DNA of 64,000 bases, taken from NCBI GenBank assembly GCA_037447605.1, contig CM074814.1:1860001-1924000 (forward strand), read 5' to 3'. The DNA comes from Zygnema circumcarinatum SAG 698-1b (taxonomy: Eukaryota > Plantae > Zygnematophyceae). Positions 26,094 to 40,787 of this stretch are shown in pieces. How positions within the stretch are numbered: position 1 is the first letter of the stretch; each line of letters opens with the position of its first letter. The translations under genes were made by a program, and so were the position numbers. Under the pieces are notes generated by a model, which ran no database searches, had not been told where the DNA came from, and was given only the letters and a program-made list of their open reading frames with translations.

Positions 26094-29000
26094 TTATTGT
26101 GAAGCCTGTACAGGCAGCCGCGGGTGCAGTTTCACGAGGAGGCCGTACTTCATGAACAGAGTCAGCGATGGGCGATACTTGGCGATGTGTCCTGGAACGA
26201 TATCCAAACGGAAGTTCTGAAGAACAACTGCTGCAACGGATTTCATCTGCGAAGAAGGAAACCCCATGATGTTCCCCCAGTACGCAAAGAATACTTTCGC
26301 GCATCGTCCGATATGTAGCAAAGACTATCCTTAAATGCTGCAAGGGCTATCACAGGAAAGGTTTTCAGTACAAGGGGAAACAAAACACTACCATCAGCAT
26401 GAGGTAGAGCCGATTCCATGGGCCCAAAAATTCTAAGTAAAGTTAATTCAGAAGAAGTGAGTGCACCTGCAGGTAGGCCAATTCCCGTCCAAGGCAGAGC
26501 CGTGGGCCGGCGTTGAAAGCCAAAAACTTGAAAGGGGACTCTGCTTGAAACTTCCCATCGTTTCCAATCCACCTCTCAGGTCTGAATTCGGTGGCATCAG
26601 GACCCCAAACTTTCGTCATGCGCCCCAATGCATATATTGAGTAGGTCATACGCCATCCCTTCGGAGCAAAGCTGCCATCTGGAAGTGTGTCATTTTCTAA
26701 AACAAACCTGCAGCAATGAGGAGAATCCCCTTTCAGAACTCTCATAGCAATGCCTGTATAGCAGTTAGCGAGTAATCCGTTAGGTCAAGCACAGGAGGGT
26801 TGATTCTGAGCATTCGTCATAATGCGAAAAAGTAATCATGAAAAAATCTAAGACTTCTTTTCTAGTTTGGAGAATGTGTTGAACTTTGCGTACACAACCA
26901 ATGTGAGGCACAATCTGTGTCTAATGCATGCAAGTAACTTCTAAACACCACTTATATTAAGATGAACACTTCAGAGACTCACTTGGTGTCTGCAGGGACT
27001 GGAGGATAAAGGCGAAGTGATTCCGAGATTGCTGCATGAAGGTAATGCATAGACCGAAGCTCATCAAATGTGAATGTTTCTCTGTTTCTCTCATCTGGAA
27101 GGATATACAAAACCCCAGCATTAGTGACGCAACGGCAAATGACTGAAGTCATCTACATGGGTCAAGACTCAAGATGGCTCAGTCTCAATTTGGTCTTCCA
27201 TGTACCATTGCGGCAGTCAGGAAACGAGGGAAAAAAAAGTCGAGATTGTATCTTTGTATGTCAAACTTCCAAAAGAAGGGCATGCCTTCATCATACAAGA
27301 TGACGAGTTCTGCCAAATTGATGATTACCTGCACTGCGAGCAGCAAGAATGCAATTGATCTCTGCAACTATCTTGTCCTCTATATGCCGATGGCACGTCA
27401 GCAACCAGAAAAACCAAGTGAGAGCAACTGAGGAAGTGTCCCTCCCGGCGAGTATGAAGTTGGTGCAGACATCGCGCAGACGGGTGCTGGAATACTGCAC
27501 TGCTTCTTTCCGCTGTCCGAAAATAATGAACCTAAAACCCCCCAGACACGCACACCTTTCAAAGGATATTATGCGTGGACAGAACAAGGTCAGCTCCCTT
27601 TGAACTGTCACAGAACCTTCCTTTTCTTTCCATCAATCGTTTTCCAAAACATGTGCTACAGACACTAGCCACCAAGCTCAAGAAACATCAGTGGCTTGTT
27701 ATTCAGAAACTACCTTGATAGGAGGTCACTGTGCTCCTCCAGCTTGCTATTGGAGACGTGCCTTCCCGGATCTCCCTCATTGCAATCCCTCACATCTGCC
27801 AGTTCCTTCAGCCGCTTCTCGATGACTCTGTCGGCAAACTCATGGACTGCCTGCAAGCCATGCAGCTCAGGAAGAGTGCCAAGAGACTGAAGGTGAGATG
27901 TACGCATATTAATTACGACTTGGGGCATTTCTTTCTCTACTTCGCTCGGAGCATGCATTCTTTCTTCGTCAATGGATAAGGTTATGAAAGTTAGCCAGTT
28001 TTATTAAACAGTGGCAGATCACTCAATAAGGTCAGCCGCAAGTGTCCCCTTCCTCAGTACCCAGCATTTCAAAACGACACAAAGGAAAAAAACAGACTAG
28101 AATATCGCGGCCCTTTACTTCGTTTCTTAGTCAGTGCACCGTCCTCTCCTACCTTGACAGAGGATGTGAGTTCGCCTTCCCAGCCACATTGCAGCAACCG
28201 GAGGAATTTCCAAACGAAGTTTGGAAAGAGATTACGCATAGTAGTGGCCTATATAAAAGATAGCAATTCCAGACTAAAGTTAACGCATAGCAAGGCGATG
28301 GAAAAAAATCACGGTAACGAGGCTTTTATTCTAGTGCAGCACGTGCCGTCAGAAAAAAGGAGTGCAAATGAGAATACCGCCACCAACCACAACGCCTCAC
28401 AGTTTAGTTCTTCCGTTCTATTGCATACGGCCACACAAGCTATGAATCTCATACCATTAAATCTCAACAAGCATTGGGGGTGAATGATCCCCACCGCTGT
28501 TGCAGTATCAAAAGCTTTGGCAAACGGAACATCTGGCAGACCTGGCGCCAAGCAGCCAGGATCAACTCCAAAGCCGATGTGACAGATGCTGTCAAACGTG
28601 TATCTAAGCAGGACATCTTGAATGTCGATCATTTCCTTCGTTTCCATCGCCTGCATCAACCTTATTAACTAGTCGGAAGGATTGCAACAATGTGAAACTG
28701 CAAATAGTTTGAGGAGAATGCAAGGAGATCCTGATAATCATGCTTGCAGGTTCAGAAGACTTGCTAATAAAGTCTAGCCGATGCTAAAATACGTATGCAC
28801 TCTGAAGCACCTGGCGGAGGGTTGGAAGTAGCCGGTGGGACACTTCTTTGGCGACAGAGTTGATGAGAAAATGGCGTAGAGACTTTGACGACAAGGCCAA
28901 GCTGGCTGTTTTTCGCTGTTCTATCCAAAGCTCATCGTCGCTGTTGAATATGCCATGGCCTAACAGGTCTTGAAAAGTCTCCTGAACTTGTGAGCAGCAA

Positions 29001-29605
29001 ATGTTTCATTGGTAGTAGCTGTCGGAGCCATTATCCATAGTATCGAAAATTGGTTGGGTCAAATGACATTTCAAATTATGCGGGGACAGGTATAGCAACC
29101 TACCTGAGTTGTAGGACCTTTTGGATAGTTCTGGAAGTTGGTCTTTAGAATGTATTCTATAATTTCTGGATTGGCCGTGATAATATCATTCAATCCGCAT
29201 GCCTTGGAGATGAAGGTGAGTGAATCCGACCTCTGCAAACTCTAAAAACGAGCTATTAGCAGACGATGCGTTCTGAACATCATTACAGGACGATAAAACG
29301 AAAGCGAAACGAAAGGATGAAGAAAGTCATCAACAACAGCCATCACTTCGTCGCAGACTGTATCTCACCGCAGCATACTTCGTTACTTCATCGTGAAGAT
29401 TTTCCAGGTTTAAAGCAATAAACGGCAGGGTTCCCACGAAAGGCCAATAGTGGGGACCAGGATAGTTGGTTCCATTCATGATGTAGTGCACGCAGACGTA
29501 CAGAACGACGGCTCCCAGCAGTGCCCATCCGGCCGAGATCGGCAGCCATGCCCTGGAGAAAAAATCTTGAAGACTAAAGCAGAAACCCCAGACGGAAATA
29601 GCCAT
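26094..29605 (-). CDS. Cytochrome P450, clan 86 (CYP86/94/704-like fatty-acid hydroxylase), copy A, multi-exon
   Basis: [81 protein letters not shown] heme motif. Confidence 0.92.
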
Positions 29606-30512
29606 GGCTGCCCCCCTCAAATGGGGGTTTTTTTTTTTTTTTTTTCCGAAAAAGTTGGTTTTATGGAGAAAGCTGCAAACTATCTTTCGGCAAAAGAATG
29701 CGATGGGTAGTGGGGCAGTCCCTTGTACAGGGGCTAAGAGCACGCCTGCGCCTGCCAGCCGCATGTCCCCTCGACTACTAATTGGCAAGCCTAAAATCAC
29801 TATCACGAACAAGCGGTCCTACACATACGCCAAGGAATTTCCTGGCGCTGCCATGGATATAGCGACTGGAGATAAAAAGCTATGTAACTAATCAATCACA
29901 GCATGCCACGTAAGAAACATATGCAAACGTGACAAGCCGTGATTGGCTTGCACTTACCGCAGGCCATGCAGCAGCCCTGATCGTACGAATGGGGCTTACT
30001 TCATCCTACGGCTGAACGGCAAGAGACGCTCTCCACTATTGAAGTGGGGGCACTTCTAAATGCGGGCCTTTGCGAAGCACGAGCATGGAAGGAAACCACG
30101 AGACGGACGAGGAACGGCGAGAGAACATGGATTGGGCAGGGGAGGATTGCTTGTCGCATTTGACGCATTGTCTTTCAACACGGGTCAACAAGTATTGAAA
30201 ACATGTTCTTTTGGTCATGGATGGGAACTCCTTCCTGCATGTTTTGCTGAACGGATTCCACGAAAACGATATGTTTCTTAATTCATTTTTTAAACAAAAA
30301 TGTGGGGGGCGAATCATAATTGTGTTCAGACCATAGAAGAGGGCACTGTATCTAGAACTCCTCCCAAGTCTCCTACAACTAACTCACCTATGTATTGTCG
30401 AGTAGAGGCGACCAAATAGCAATAGCAACACATTGCAAGACGTTCGAGAAAAACTTCAAATAAAGACAAGCTAAGTCTGCTCCTTTGTTTGTCCGTTGCC
30501 ACTTGTCAGTTG

Positions 30513-33500
30513 TCAGCGTGGATGGACTGTCATAAGGAGGCCATGTTTCATGAACAATGTGAGCGAGGGCTGGTACTGAACGGGGTGCCCTGGAACGAGC
30601 TTCAAATGGAAGTTTCGAAGAACGGCTCCTGCAACTGACTTCATCTGCACTCGTCCACGGCACACCAACACCATTTCAATTCCAAAACAACAGATGATCT
30701 CCAAAAACAGCTTGCTGGCAAAGTGCTCACCTACGCATCCTAAGGACCTTCATGGAAATCTCGCAGTAGATATAGCAATATGACATATAGTACCTGAACG
30801 TAGGCCATGTCTCGACCTAGACAAAGGCGAGGGCCGGCATTGAACGAGAGAAATTTGAATGGAGATTCTGGTTGAAACTGCCCATCTCTTCCCAGCCAGC
30901 GCTCCGGCTTGAACTCCCTCGCATCGGGACCCCACACTCTTGTCATGCGGCCCATTGCATAGATTGAATATGTCAGCCGCCATCCCTTCGGCACAAATGT
31001 CCCGTCTGGGAGAGTGTCATTATCAATGACATATCTGCAGTGCCAAAAGCAACTCCCCTCAGGCCCAGAATCTGCATCGAGATGCAAGGACAGACGTTCA
31101 ATCTCTTCCGTGGAGTTGCTTTAAGTACCGTAGTAACTGCCTCTTACTCCTTTCAAAACTTCAAAAATGTGCTCCAAGGTCTTCAATTGATGAGTGTAGA
31201 AAATGGACTTACTTGGTATCCACAGGAACTGAAGGATAAAGGCGAAGCGATTCCGTGAGCGCTGCATGAAGGTACTGCATGGACCGAAGCTCATCGAATG
31301 TAAAGGTTTCATTGCTTCTCTCACCTGCAAATATGATTAAAAATAACTTGGTAAGGAACAAAATCTGCAGTTGAAGCACCCCTCCAAAAACCAAGCGAAT
31401 AACTGGCACCTACTTCAATTACAATAGTGGCATTACTATTTTGCTATTTCTTCCAAAAGGATGAGCGCGCTCTCACAAGGATCACGAGCTGCAAGAATGC
31501 GGTCGATCTCGTCGTGAATCTTTTCCTCCACGTTCGGATGTGAAGTCAGCAACCAGAAAAACCAGCTTAGAGCAACCGAAGAAGTGTCCCGCCCGGCAAG
31601 TATAAAGTTGGTACAGACATCGCGCAGGAACGTATTGGAATATTCCTGTTTTCCACTCTGCTGCCCAAGAAGGATAAACCTGCAATAAACGTACGCAGAT
31701 ATTTCGTCACTGCGGTGATTACCTCATCTTTTTACAGACTTCAAGATTTCGGTTGAGCTGCTCAATTATAGTGACATTCGAGCAATGAACAGTAACTCTT
31801 TCTAGGCCAGCTCAGTTTGCAAGTTGATAATGTCACCTAGACAAGAGATCACTGTGCTCATCGGACGTGCTATCAGTACAAGGACGTGTCGCATCTCCCT
31901 CACGGTTCTTCATTTCTGCCAGTTCTATTAGGCGTTTCTCAACAACTCCATCAGCAAACCCGTGGACTGCCTGCAAACATCACCCTTCAAAAAAGCCCTT
32001 AAAAAATGAGGATAAAAAACGGGAGGTTGAGCTACACGTCTAAGATCCAAGGAGTTCAAATCTTCTTAGAATTTCAACAAGTCTCACCTTGATTGCCTTT
32101 GTTAAGTCTGACTCCCACCCGCACTGCAACCACCTGAAGAATTTCCACGCAAAGTTTGGCGTCAAATTGCGGACAAGAGTGATCTGCAAAGAGGCAAAAC
32201 AAAGTGTTAGTTTTTCATCAAACGATTCCTTCAACAGATCGGTTTCCCACATGAGGAATTTCCTTCAGAATCGTCTCAGCATGCCTATTAATAAGAATAT
32301 AAGACCATCAAGCATGATTTGATTCCAGTCGTTAATTGTTGCATTGCTATCCTGGGATCTATAGGGCATGCAGATGCCTATGATAGGCGACAGCATCTCC
32401 AGACGCGCACATGTCATTCCTTCATTTAACTGCTAAGTGCAACCACGGAAAAGGTTCATGCTCAGATAATAAAATCGAAAGGAAAGTCCTCACTTGCGTT
32501 GCGTGATCGAAGGCTTTTGCAAACGGAATTACTGGCAAGTCTGGTGATAGACAGCCAGGATCAACGCCAAAGCCAATGCGACAGATATTGTCAAATGTGT
32601 AGCGAAGTAGCACATCTTGCATATCAAGAGGCTCCTCTCTTTCCATTGCCTGCATCAATCAAATCACACATGTGATTCCTGTCATGTATTTGAGCATCAG
32701 ATTGGCGCCCACGAGCTTGTTGCCAAACAAGCGTGCTGCTTTATATGATTGCTCACGCTCTATAATGTGCATAACCAACAGAGAATCGAGAACAAGGCGG
32801 ACTTGTGTACCTGACGAAGTGTTGGTAGAAGGCGGTGGGAAACCTCGTCAGCAACGGAGGTCACGATAAGGCGGCGAAGGGATCCAGTTGAAAACTCCAA
32901 GCTGGCTGTTTTTCGCTGTCCTTTCCAAACCTCACCGTCGCTGTTGAATATTCCATGGCCAAGGAGGTCTCTAAAAATTTCCTGTAACGAAACCAAGATT
33001 TGACGGAGAAGGAGTCAACAGCCAAAAACGCCTTGGATCCAAAGTAAATTGTTTGAACGAGAACTCTGTGTAAGTTTCCAAAAGGATACCCTTTAAAACA
33101 GCGCACCTGGTATGGAGGCCCTTTTGGATAGTTTTGGAAATTGGTTTTCAAAACGTACTCCACATTGGTCGGATTGGCAGTGACAATCTCATTCAAGCCG
33201 CATATCTTGGAGACGAAGGTGAGGGTTTTGGACCTCTGCACTTTAATAAAGCCATTTTTTTAATATGTTAGATTACGTCAACATGAAAGTGAACCGATCC
33301 AAAACGTCTTGAGATTCTCGATTTCATCAGCATGAATACGCAAAAGACGACTAACTCTGGCAAAAAAGGACCCGGTTTTTTTCCAAAACTAGAGAATACT
33401 TCGTTTGCCTTGATAAGTACTAATTACAATGCAAATGTAAGTCTTTTGGATGATCAGTAGTAATTGCCAAAGAAAACGTAACACACTTGAAATGTATCAC

Positions 33501-33915
33501 TGATCGCGTTTATCACGTACTAACAACTATGGACAAAATAAGGGCGAAGAGATGTGGCACTGATCTCGAAAATGAATCGTTTCTCCACTTTTGAGACGAT
33601 ACAAAAAAAAATGTAAATAAGCTGAAAGATTAAGGCCTCTCTCACCTCCATCATTTCTGTGCCTTCATCGTAAACTCTGTGGAAAGTTCTCATCATCGAT
33701 GGCAAGCAGCCAACAACGGGCCATATATGTGCACCAGGATAATTTGATCCATGGATAAAGTAATGCACGCAAACATACAGAGCCAGAGAACCGATTACAG
33801 TTAAAATAAATTCTTTTGGCAGAGGTGGCGAGAAGCTTGAGGTCCCAAGGAAAGAACCATTCATCACGGAACTCATTCTAGACATTGCAAACATGAAGAC
33901 ATCTGACTCGGCCAT
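30513..33915 (-). CDS. Cytochrome P450, clan 86 (CYP86/94/704-like), copy B, multi-exon
   Basis: [84 protein letters not shown]; introns at similar positions to copy A. Confidence 0.92.
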
Positions 33916-34647
33916 ATTGAAAGCACTCTCTTACACAAGAAAAAAACTAGATGATAAAAGCTGTTCCTTTGTCTGATTCACGACAACTGCAAACACATCC
34001 GCTTCCTTTACAGATGCTGAGGTCCCTAATCAACAGCTATCAATATCTCAGGAAATCCAACCAGTCCATCTGCTCTATAGATAGCTTCCATAGATGTTCC
34101 CTCTCTGCATTTCTTGTCCGGCAAGACGGCGCCTTCCCCCACGCCGACCACAGACCCTTGCAGCCATGGCCTGGCCTTGACGGATGTCCACATTGGAAAG
34201 GCCGCCGGCGTCAGGACAGGGCGACGCCTGACGCTGCCCAACGAAATCAGAACCGGTACAAGAGTCTTGTTTGAATCACTACATCCGAGGATACTTTTTT
34301 CGAGCTGGATCCCGTTCTGCAATGTCGAGCAGTCGTCGGGCCAACGTTTGGGCTCGGACGTGACGGGCCCCTCAAAGAGCGGGCCAATCAAGGCGACATC
34401 AGAACTGACCCTCCGATCTATGCTCGATTTCAGCGTCACAGTTACGGGCGGCATCACAGTTCCAAGCCTGTCTCGGAGGCGTTCAGTTTTGACCCATCGG
34501 ACGGGTCACGACTAACATGGACCGCTGCTCAAATCGTGGCCGTTCATTCTCCGAGGATGCGCCACGATGTTGAGGCGCAAAAACAAAAAGGACGCGCCGT
34601 CGTAATAGTAAAAATCGGAAGGCCGGCCGGCGGGCGCTAGGCCGGCC

Positions 34648-36362
34648 ATGCAGATCCTTGCAGGGTCCGCCTGCGCGGAGCCCCTCGGCGCCGCCCTTCC
34701 CTCTGCCGCTCCTGCACATCTCCGTCCCCGCTGCGTCCTACGCCTGCGATTCACTCTGCCATGTAGGCGCCACACGGCTCCCGGGCTGCCCGTCTGCAGC
34801 TCGACCCTCGCTTCCAGGGTGCTGGGGCCCTGTCCACCGGATCAGCACTGGTGGGACTCCAAGATCTTCTCCTACCCACTTGTTGTGAGGACTGATGAGG
34901 AACAGGCGATTGAGGGAAAATACCCCTGGCGTATGTATTACTATGGTCGGGATGTTGACGCGTGGAGGCAGGGCATTAACCTGCCGTTCCCTAATACGCC
35001 TCTCGGTCGAGTAGGGCTCGCAGTTAGTGGAGACGGCCTGTCGTGGGAGAGATTCCGGGGACACCTGCCCGCAGGCGCCATCCTCGACCCCAGCGAAGAC
35101 CCGCAGGCATTTGATTGCGCGCAGGTTGGCTTGGGGGAAGTTCTGCCGGGAAAGGAGGAAAAAATATGGCGGATGTTCTACATGGGTGGAGGGCACGACA
35201 GTATTGAAGTCCCGGGAAGCGGACAGGTGATAAAGGGTGTAAAGTCTCGTATAGGAATGGCGGTTTCGGACGATGGAATCGCATTCCGAAGGCATGGCAG
35301 CCTTCTGCTAGATGTCGGCAATGTTGGGGAGTTCGACGAAAACAGCGTCGGTTTTCCAAGAGTTTTGCCGCCTGCACCCGATGGTACTTTTTCTTTGTAA
35401 AAAAAAAATGCCAAAATGTTTTATCCAAACAGCCGTCCAATAAGTTATTGTACAATCACCAGATTTCAACATGAAATCTCATTCTCTTCGTTCTTAGTCC
35501 TCTTGTTTTTGCGTTTTGCAATGCCCACATCTTCTACTTCAATGTGGGCTATGAGCGAAAATAATTGCTCTTTTTTATCGTTCACTTGATAGATGAACTC
35601 CAGATAGAGAAAGATAGAGGACTGTAGAGCTTCAAGACATCCACCTCTTTACTTCCATGCCACTGACTCAGGCCATGCGCTCTATCTTCCTTACAACAAT
35701 CGATGAGGCAGCAGTTTCCGATGGACCGACACGTGGCAGTTGTTGGTTCTTACAGGGCCGCAGCGATGGCTGATGACATACCACACTTTGAATTTCACGC
35801 GCGGCTTTGTGATTGGCGTGGCGACATCGGTTGACGGAGCCACGTGGCAGAAGGAGGGGCAGGCTCTGCATGGGGGCCCGGCCGGCTCGTGGGACATGAA
35901 CGGCGTCATGACACGCTGCGTACTGCGGCTGGGGGGCAAATTTGTCATGTTCTACGAGGGAGCGCGGCAGCCCAGTGAGTGCGTGTGACACTAGTGTGTG
36001 TCGTACGTCTCTCAACTTCGTCAAAATAGTGACACCATCATTTTCATTGTTCATGTGCGCCTTCGGCAGGCAGATACGCCATTGGCATTGCAACATCGGA
36101 GGATGGTATTGTATGGGAGAAGGATTCAGAGGTCGGGCCGGAGCCTGGAGGGCCGATTTTCTCTGCTCGAATGGAAGATGACGCGTGGGACAATTTATCG
36201 GTGGGTACGCCGAACGTAGTCGCCATGCCGGACGGCACATTCCGGCTGTACTACACGGGGCAGGGCCGGCTGAAATCAGGGGAACAAACTCGGGGCATCG
36301 GCGTGGCACTGAGTGACGGCACAAATTTTCGATCTTGGCATCGCCTTGAATCTGGGTGTTGA
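34648..36362 (+). CDS. Five-bladed beta-propeller glycoside hydrolase-like protein (arabinanase/levansucrase/invertase superfamily) with probable transit peptide; three exons
   Basis: Repeated blade motifs WRMYYYG...GLAVSGDGLSWER, WRMFYMG...GMAVSDDGIAF, WLMTY...GVATSVDGATW, FRLYYTG...GVALSDG; phase-compatible introns near 35383-35755 and 35977-36069. Confidence 0.8.
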
Positions 36363-36770
36363 CGGCAGCATTGTTTTCAAGAGGCAAATATTCCTGTTCA
36401 CTTCGAATCGCTGGTGAAAAAATAGTTCAATTGAATATGAATGCCGGCTATGTAATAGCCATAGAGCTACAGATGTAGCCTTTATGATGCGAGTGCTGTT
36501 GTGTGCAGTCGACATGGCATCTTTTTGCAATGGAAACATACCACCACCACCACCACCACCACCATCAGGTTGAAGCATCGAGCATAGGCTTTGAGTCCTG
36601 ACGTGAAGCTGAGGTAGTTGTTGTGCTTCACCGTTCGAATGTGATGCAGTCATAGTCTCCCGATTGTTAATTTGTTCTAAGTTATACAATGAAACCAAAT
36701 AGGCATGCGAGCGAGCTTCACGCTCTCCGCCGCGCGGAGCCGCAGACTCGCGCAGGCACTGGAGGACCTG

Positions 36771-36843
36771 GAATTAGGGTTCGGAGGTTAGGGCACGGAT
36801 AGAAATTAGGGTTCGGGTTTTGGGTGAGGATTTTGGGTTTAGT
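36771..36843. repeat. Telo-box-like cluster (ATTAGGGTT, TTTTGGG)
   Basis: Several TTAGGGTT/TTTTGGGT variants read directly. Confidence 0.4.
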
Positions 36844-38087
36844 GTTTAACAACTGGTAGCCCTATGTTACAAGGTAAAGGGAGGTAAGAAATTACTGAAG
36901 CCCTTGCGGACCATCGTTCCGGCCTCGGGCGGCGGTACGGCATTGTACGGCCGACGTTCAAATACGGTACGGTAAAACCGAACCGGTTGAGAAATTGTTC
37001 AACGAGTTTACTTAATTTCTCAATTCTCAATCTTATTGAATAGGGTTGAACTTTGAACACTCGAGGTCGAAACTTTTTCGATCTAAGAAAAAGGAAAAGG
37101 GAAAGTTCAAAGTCTCAATGTGTTTAGTCGCACGTGTGGATTCCAACTTTTGCCACGTTGGTTCCGTGCGATTCGAGAGATCCAGTTAACCCGGACGCCA
37201 ATTTTTTCGTACGACTCCTCAGGCGATCTGATCAACAATTTCTGTACAAACCTCCGGTTCCACGCGGGTTGCGATCCGCTAAAATCTCATTGTTGATTGG
37301 TGAATCCCAGGAAAACTCAAATCGATCACGACCAATATTTTGTTCAATGCTCAATTGGTTCTCCATAAAATTTGTATTGAAACAAAAATAGGAATTCATT
37401 TTTCATTTCGCAAAAAATGCATCATGTTCACAAAGAAAGAGGCTTTCTTTCAGAAACTGGTTTTGAAAGTATTTTTTTTTTTGTGAAGCAAAACTCTTCG
37501 TTCTTTCTCAACCTGTTCAAACTTAACGGTAGAGCGCCCGTCGCCGCAAGGACGTTCCACAAGTGCGGGTACGATCGAAGGTTCCTCGCACGAGCGGCGT
37601 ATCCGCTCTTTGTCGCGGCTTTGCGTGCCGGCCCTACGGGAGACCCGCGACGTACGGATGGCGGTCCAAGGGCGACCGTACGGCCAGGCCAGGGCGGGTG
37701 CCGGGAGCTTGCCGACGGCGCGGCATGATTCAGGAACGAGGCCGTACGAACAAGGACGAAAGGTCAAAGACGTTTCGGACACGTGGCGAGCCTTCCAAGA
37801 TTTTGGGGCAGGGCGGCCGCTCTACGTTTGTCGATTTTCGTTTGGACAACGAGACCGTACAGGGATCGGGCCGCGACAAGAGCTAGGTTTTGTACGGTAC
37901 GCGTTTTGTTTGACGATTGTGCCGACATCTACGGTTTGGACGGTACAGTAAAGTACAAATATGTACGGCACGTACGGTCATGTACATGGGCATGCGCATG
38001 GGCATGGCATGCATGGGATGGGCATGGGTACATGGGGTTGGCAGCAGGTACGAGTCAGGACTCGGGAGGGGCTGAGAGGGCGGGTGG

Positions 38088-38240
38088 TAGGAGGGGAGGG
38101 CGAGGGAGGAGGGAGGACGGAGGAGGGAGGACGGAGGAGGGAGGGCGAGGGAGGAGGGAGGACGGAGGAGGGAGGGCGAGGGAGGAGGGAGGACGGAGGA
38201 GGGAGGACGGAGGAGGGAGGAGGGAGGAGGGAAGAAGGAA
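38088..38240. repeat. GGA/GGGA purine-rich low-complexity tract in the 5' region of the Rab gene
   Basis: Repeating gagggaggacgga units. Confidence 0.8.
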
Positions 38241-38258
38241 GAGAGCGGAGGCGAGGTC

Positions 38259-39600
38259 ATGGCGGGGAGGTACGGCGCCACCACAGACGACTACGACTAC
38301 CTATTCAAGATTGTGATCATAGGAGACAGCGGCGTGGGCAAGTCCAACCTACTCTCGCGCTTCACCAAGAACCAGTTCAGTTTGGAGAACAAGTCCACCA
38401 TTGGCGTGGAGTTCGCCACGCGCAGCATTGAAGTTGACGGCCATGTCGTCAAGGCGCAGATATGGGACACGGCAGGCCAAGAAAGGTACCGCCGCGGAAT
38501 ATTCCCCTAATAGTTAGGAAGTAGGTGCGCCTGCTTGGGGCTGCTGCAGCTGCAGGCATCTTCTGCCAAGTAATCTCTTCGTAGAGTTTTAATTTTCTGT
38601 AGGTGCTATCTGCAAGTAGCTATCAAGCTGGATGATCATGATGACTTGTGTTAGCCTCTTTCAGTAAAAGAACAGATAGATGCGTGTGGTCGGTGGTGAG
38701 TGAGACTCCCGAGTCTTCTACTTTCACTCAGAAACTCTGCTCACATAATCTCTTCCAGACGCATAAAGTAGGAATTCTGTTTCTTCCAAGACTGTACAGC
38801 AAGGCAATCAGGCGATTCAAACTACTTTATTGAGTCAGTCTGGAATTTAATTGATTACACTGAACAAACAATCCGCTGCATTACACGTGATCATCAACGA
38901 GGAATGCATGCATAGGTTATCTTGAGACATTTGACAATATTCTTTTGCAGTTATTCGCTCTGTGAAAGTTTATTGTTCCAGAGTTTACTAGGTGCCGCTT
39001 ATTAAAAATGATCACTATCACGATCACAAGTTATTGAAATCTCACATCTGCGCATGACCATATGAGACTTTGTCTTCTGAATACCTTCTTGGTTGGCTTT
39101 CAGCTCTTAATGCTAATTTGAATCTCCCCTTCCACCATTCCTCCGCTTGCAGATATCGAGCAATCACAGGGGCTTATTACCGCGGCGCCATGGGAGCCCT
39201 CCTCGTGTACGACATCACGCGGGCCTCCAGCTTCGATAATGTGAACAGGTGGTTGCAGGAACTTAGGGCTCACACGGACGAGGATGTGCAGATAATGTTA
39301 GTTGGAAATAAAGCAGACTTGGTGGATTTGCGAGCACTGCCTACTGAAAGGGGCAAGAAACTTAGTGAGCACGAGCACCTATTCTTTATGGAGACGTCAG
39401 CCAAGGATGGAGAGAATGTGGACGAGGCCTTCACACATGTGCTGTCACAAATTTACAAGTCGGTAGCGAGTAAGAAATTAAGGCAACCGGTAGATGAGCA
39501 TTCTACACCCTCGCGGGGCAGGTCAATCATTGTCATGGATTCACGACTGACGTCGCCTGAAGTTAGCACCAAGGAAGCAGCGACACCTTGCGCCTGCTAG
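38259..39600 (+). CDS. RABA: Rab11/RabA family small GTPase; join(38259..38485,39153..39600)
   Basis: [57 protein letters not shown]-terminal CxC (CAC). Confidence 0.95.
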
Positions 39601-40787
39601 CTCCCCTATTCCTATGAAACTCGCTTTCAACCACTCCTTTTCCGGCTTAGAAATTGCATTTACTTTTGTTGCTTAGCCGTGGCAACCACGAAGGAGACTG
39701 CAGGTCGGGTATCCAATTGTATAACGAAGGCCATCGATCGTCGAAGCAGCCTTTTAGAACGGAGCTGACTTCTCCTTACTGTGATTGTGGAGGCACTGAG
39801 GTGCCTCGCTTCCAATTGCAAGGTCAAACAATTATCCAGGTTGGCTTTTTCTTGACTACAAATAATAGTGACTTGGGTTAGAAACTCCTGGCATCCTGCA
39901 CTTGCTTAGGTGACACATCAGAGAGTAGAGGTCTCTTTAGTCCACAGTGCTTGTTTGCAATAGCTTGCCCTTACGCCCAATTCCTTGAAGTCCTAGGAAG
40001 GCCTGCTCTTAACTTTGCTATTGATGTACCCCCAAAGGAAGCCTGGAACTCAAGCATATGAATGTGTGGGTCGACCCCAGCGTTCAGAAGGACATGGGAT
40101 GCGAATTGATCCCCGATTTTGCTGAGAAAGCCGCATGCATGTCAGAGCGCTCTTGTGGCAGTTACGTGAATGGAGAAATTTTTTCACTGTCCAGCACAGA
40201 GCGCTGTGTTGTCTATAGTAAGAGCTGTCGTGTCTCGGTCCAACCATGGGATGCCATGCCTTGCTCGCCTTGATGTCAGTGGGCACATGGGATGGTACAT
40301 CACATGGGATGGCACATCATCACATTACGTGGCACATCATCCCATCACATTGCATGTGGTGGCGTTGGCTAGACCTGCCATCATAGTTGTGGAAATTGTG
40401 GCTATTGGGAAGCGTTACGGGCATCATATCGCATCCTTTTGGGCGCAGCTCATGTGCTCATGGGAGGGATCCCTTTTTCTTCTGTCAGAAAGGTGCAAGG
40501 CTGCAAAGGGAAGGCCTGTTGCTGGGCATCCACTGTGGGCACATCGCAGCACACGGGCGACAAATTAGAGCTGGCCACGCTGGACAGAATGCGTACGTGA
40601 CGACCTGCTATTGGGCCAAGCCTCTCTCAAACCTTTTAAAGGGAGCATCTTTCAATTGCGATCCGCCAAGTGTACGAACATGTGCACGTAGCGAGCCGCC
40701 ATTGCAAGATGCTCGACTACAAGCACCTGGTTCAGTTCGCTATGGAGAAATGCCCTCTACAACATTCCACAGATCGGACCATGAGAC

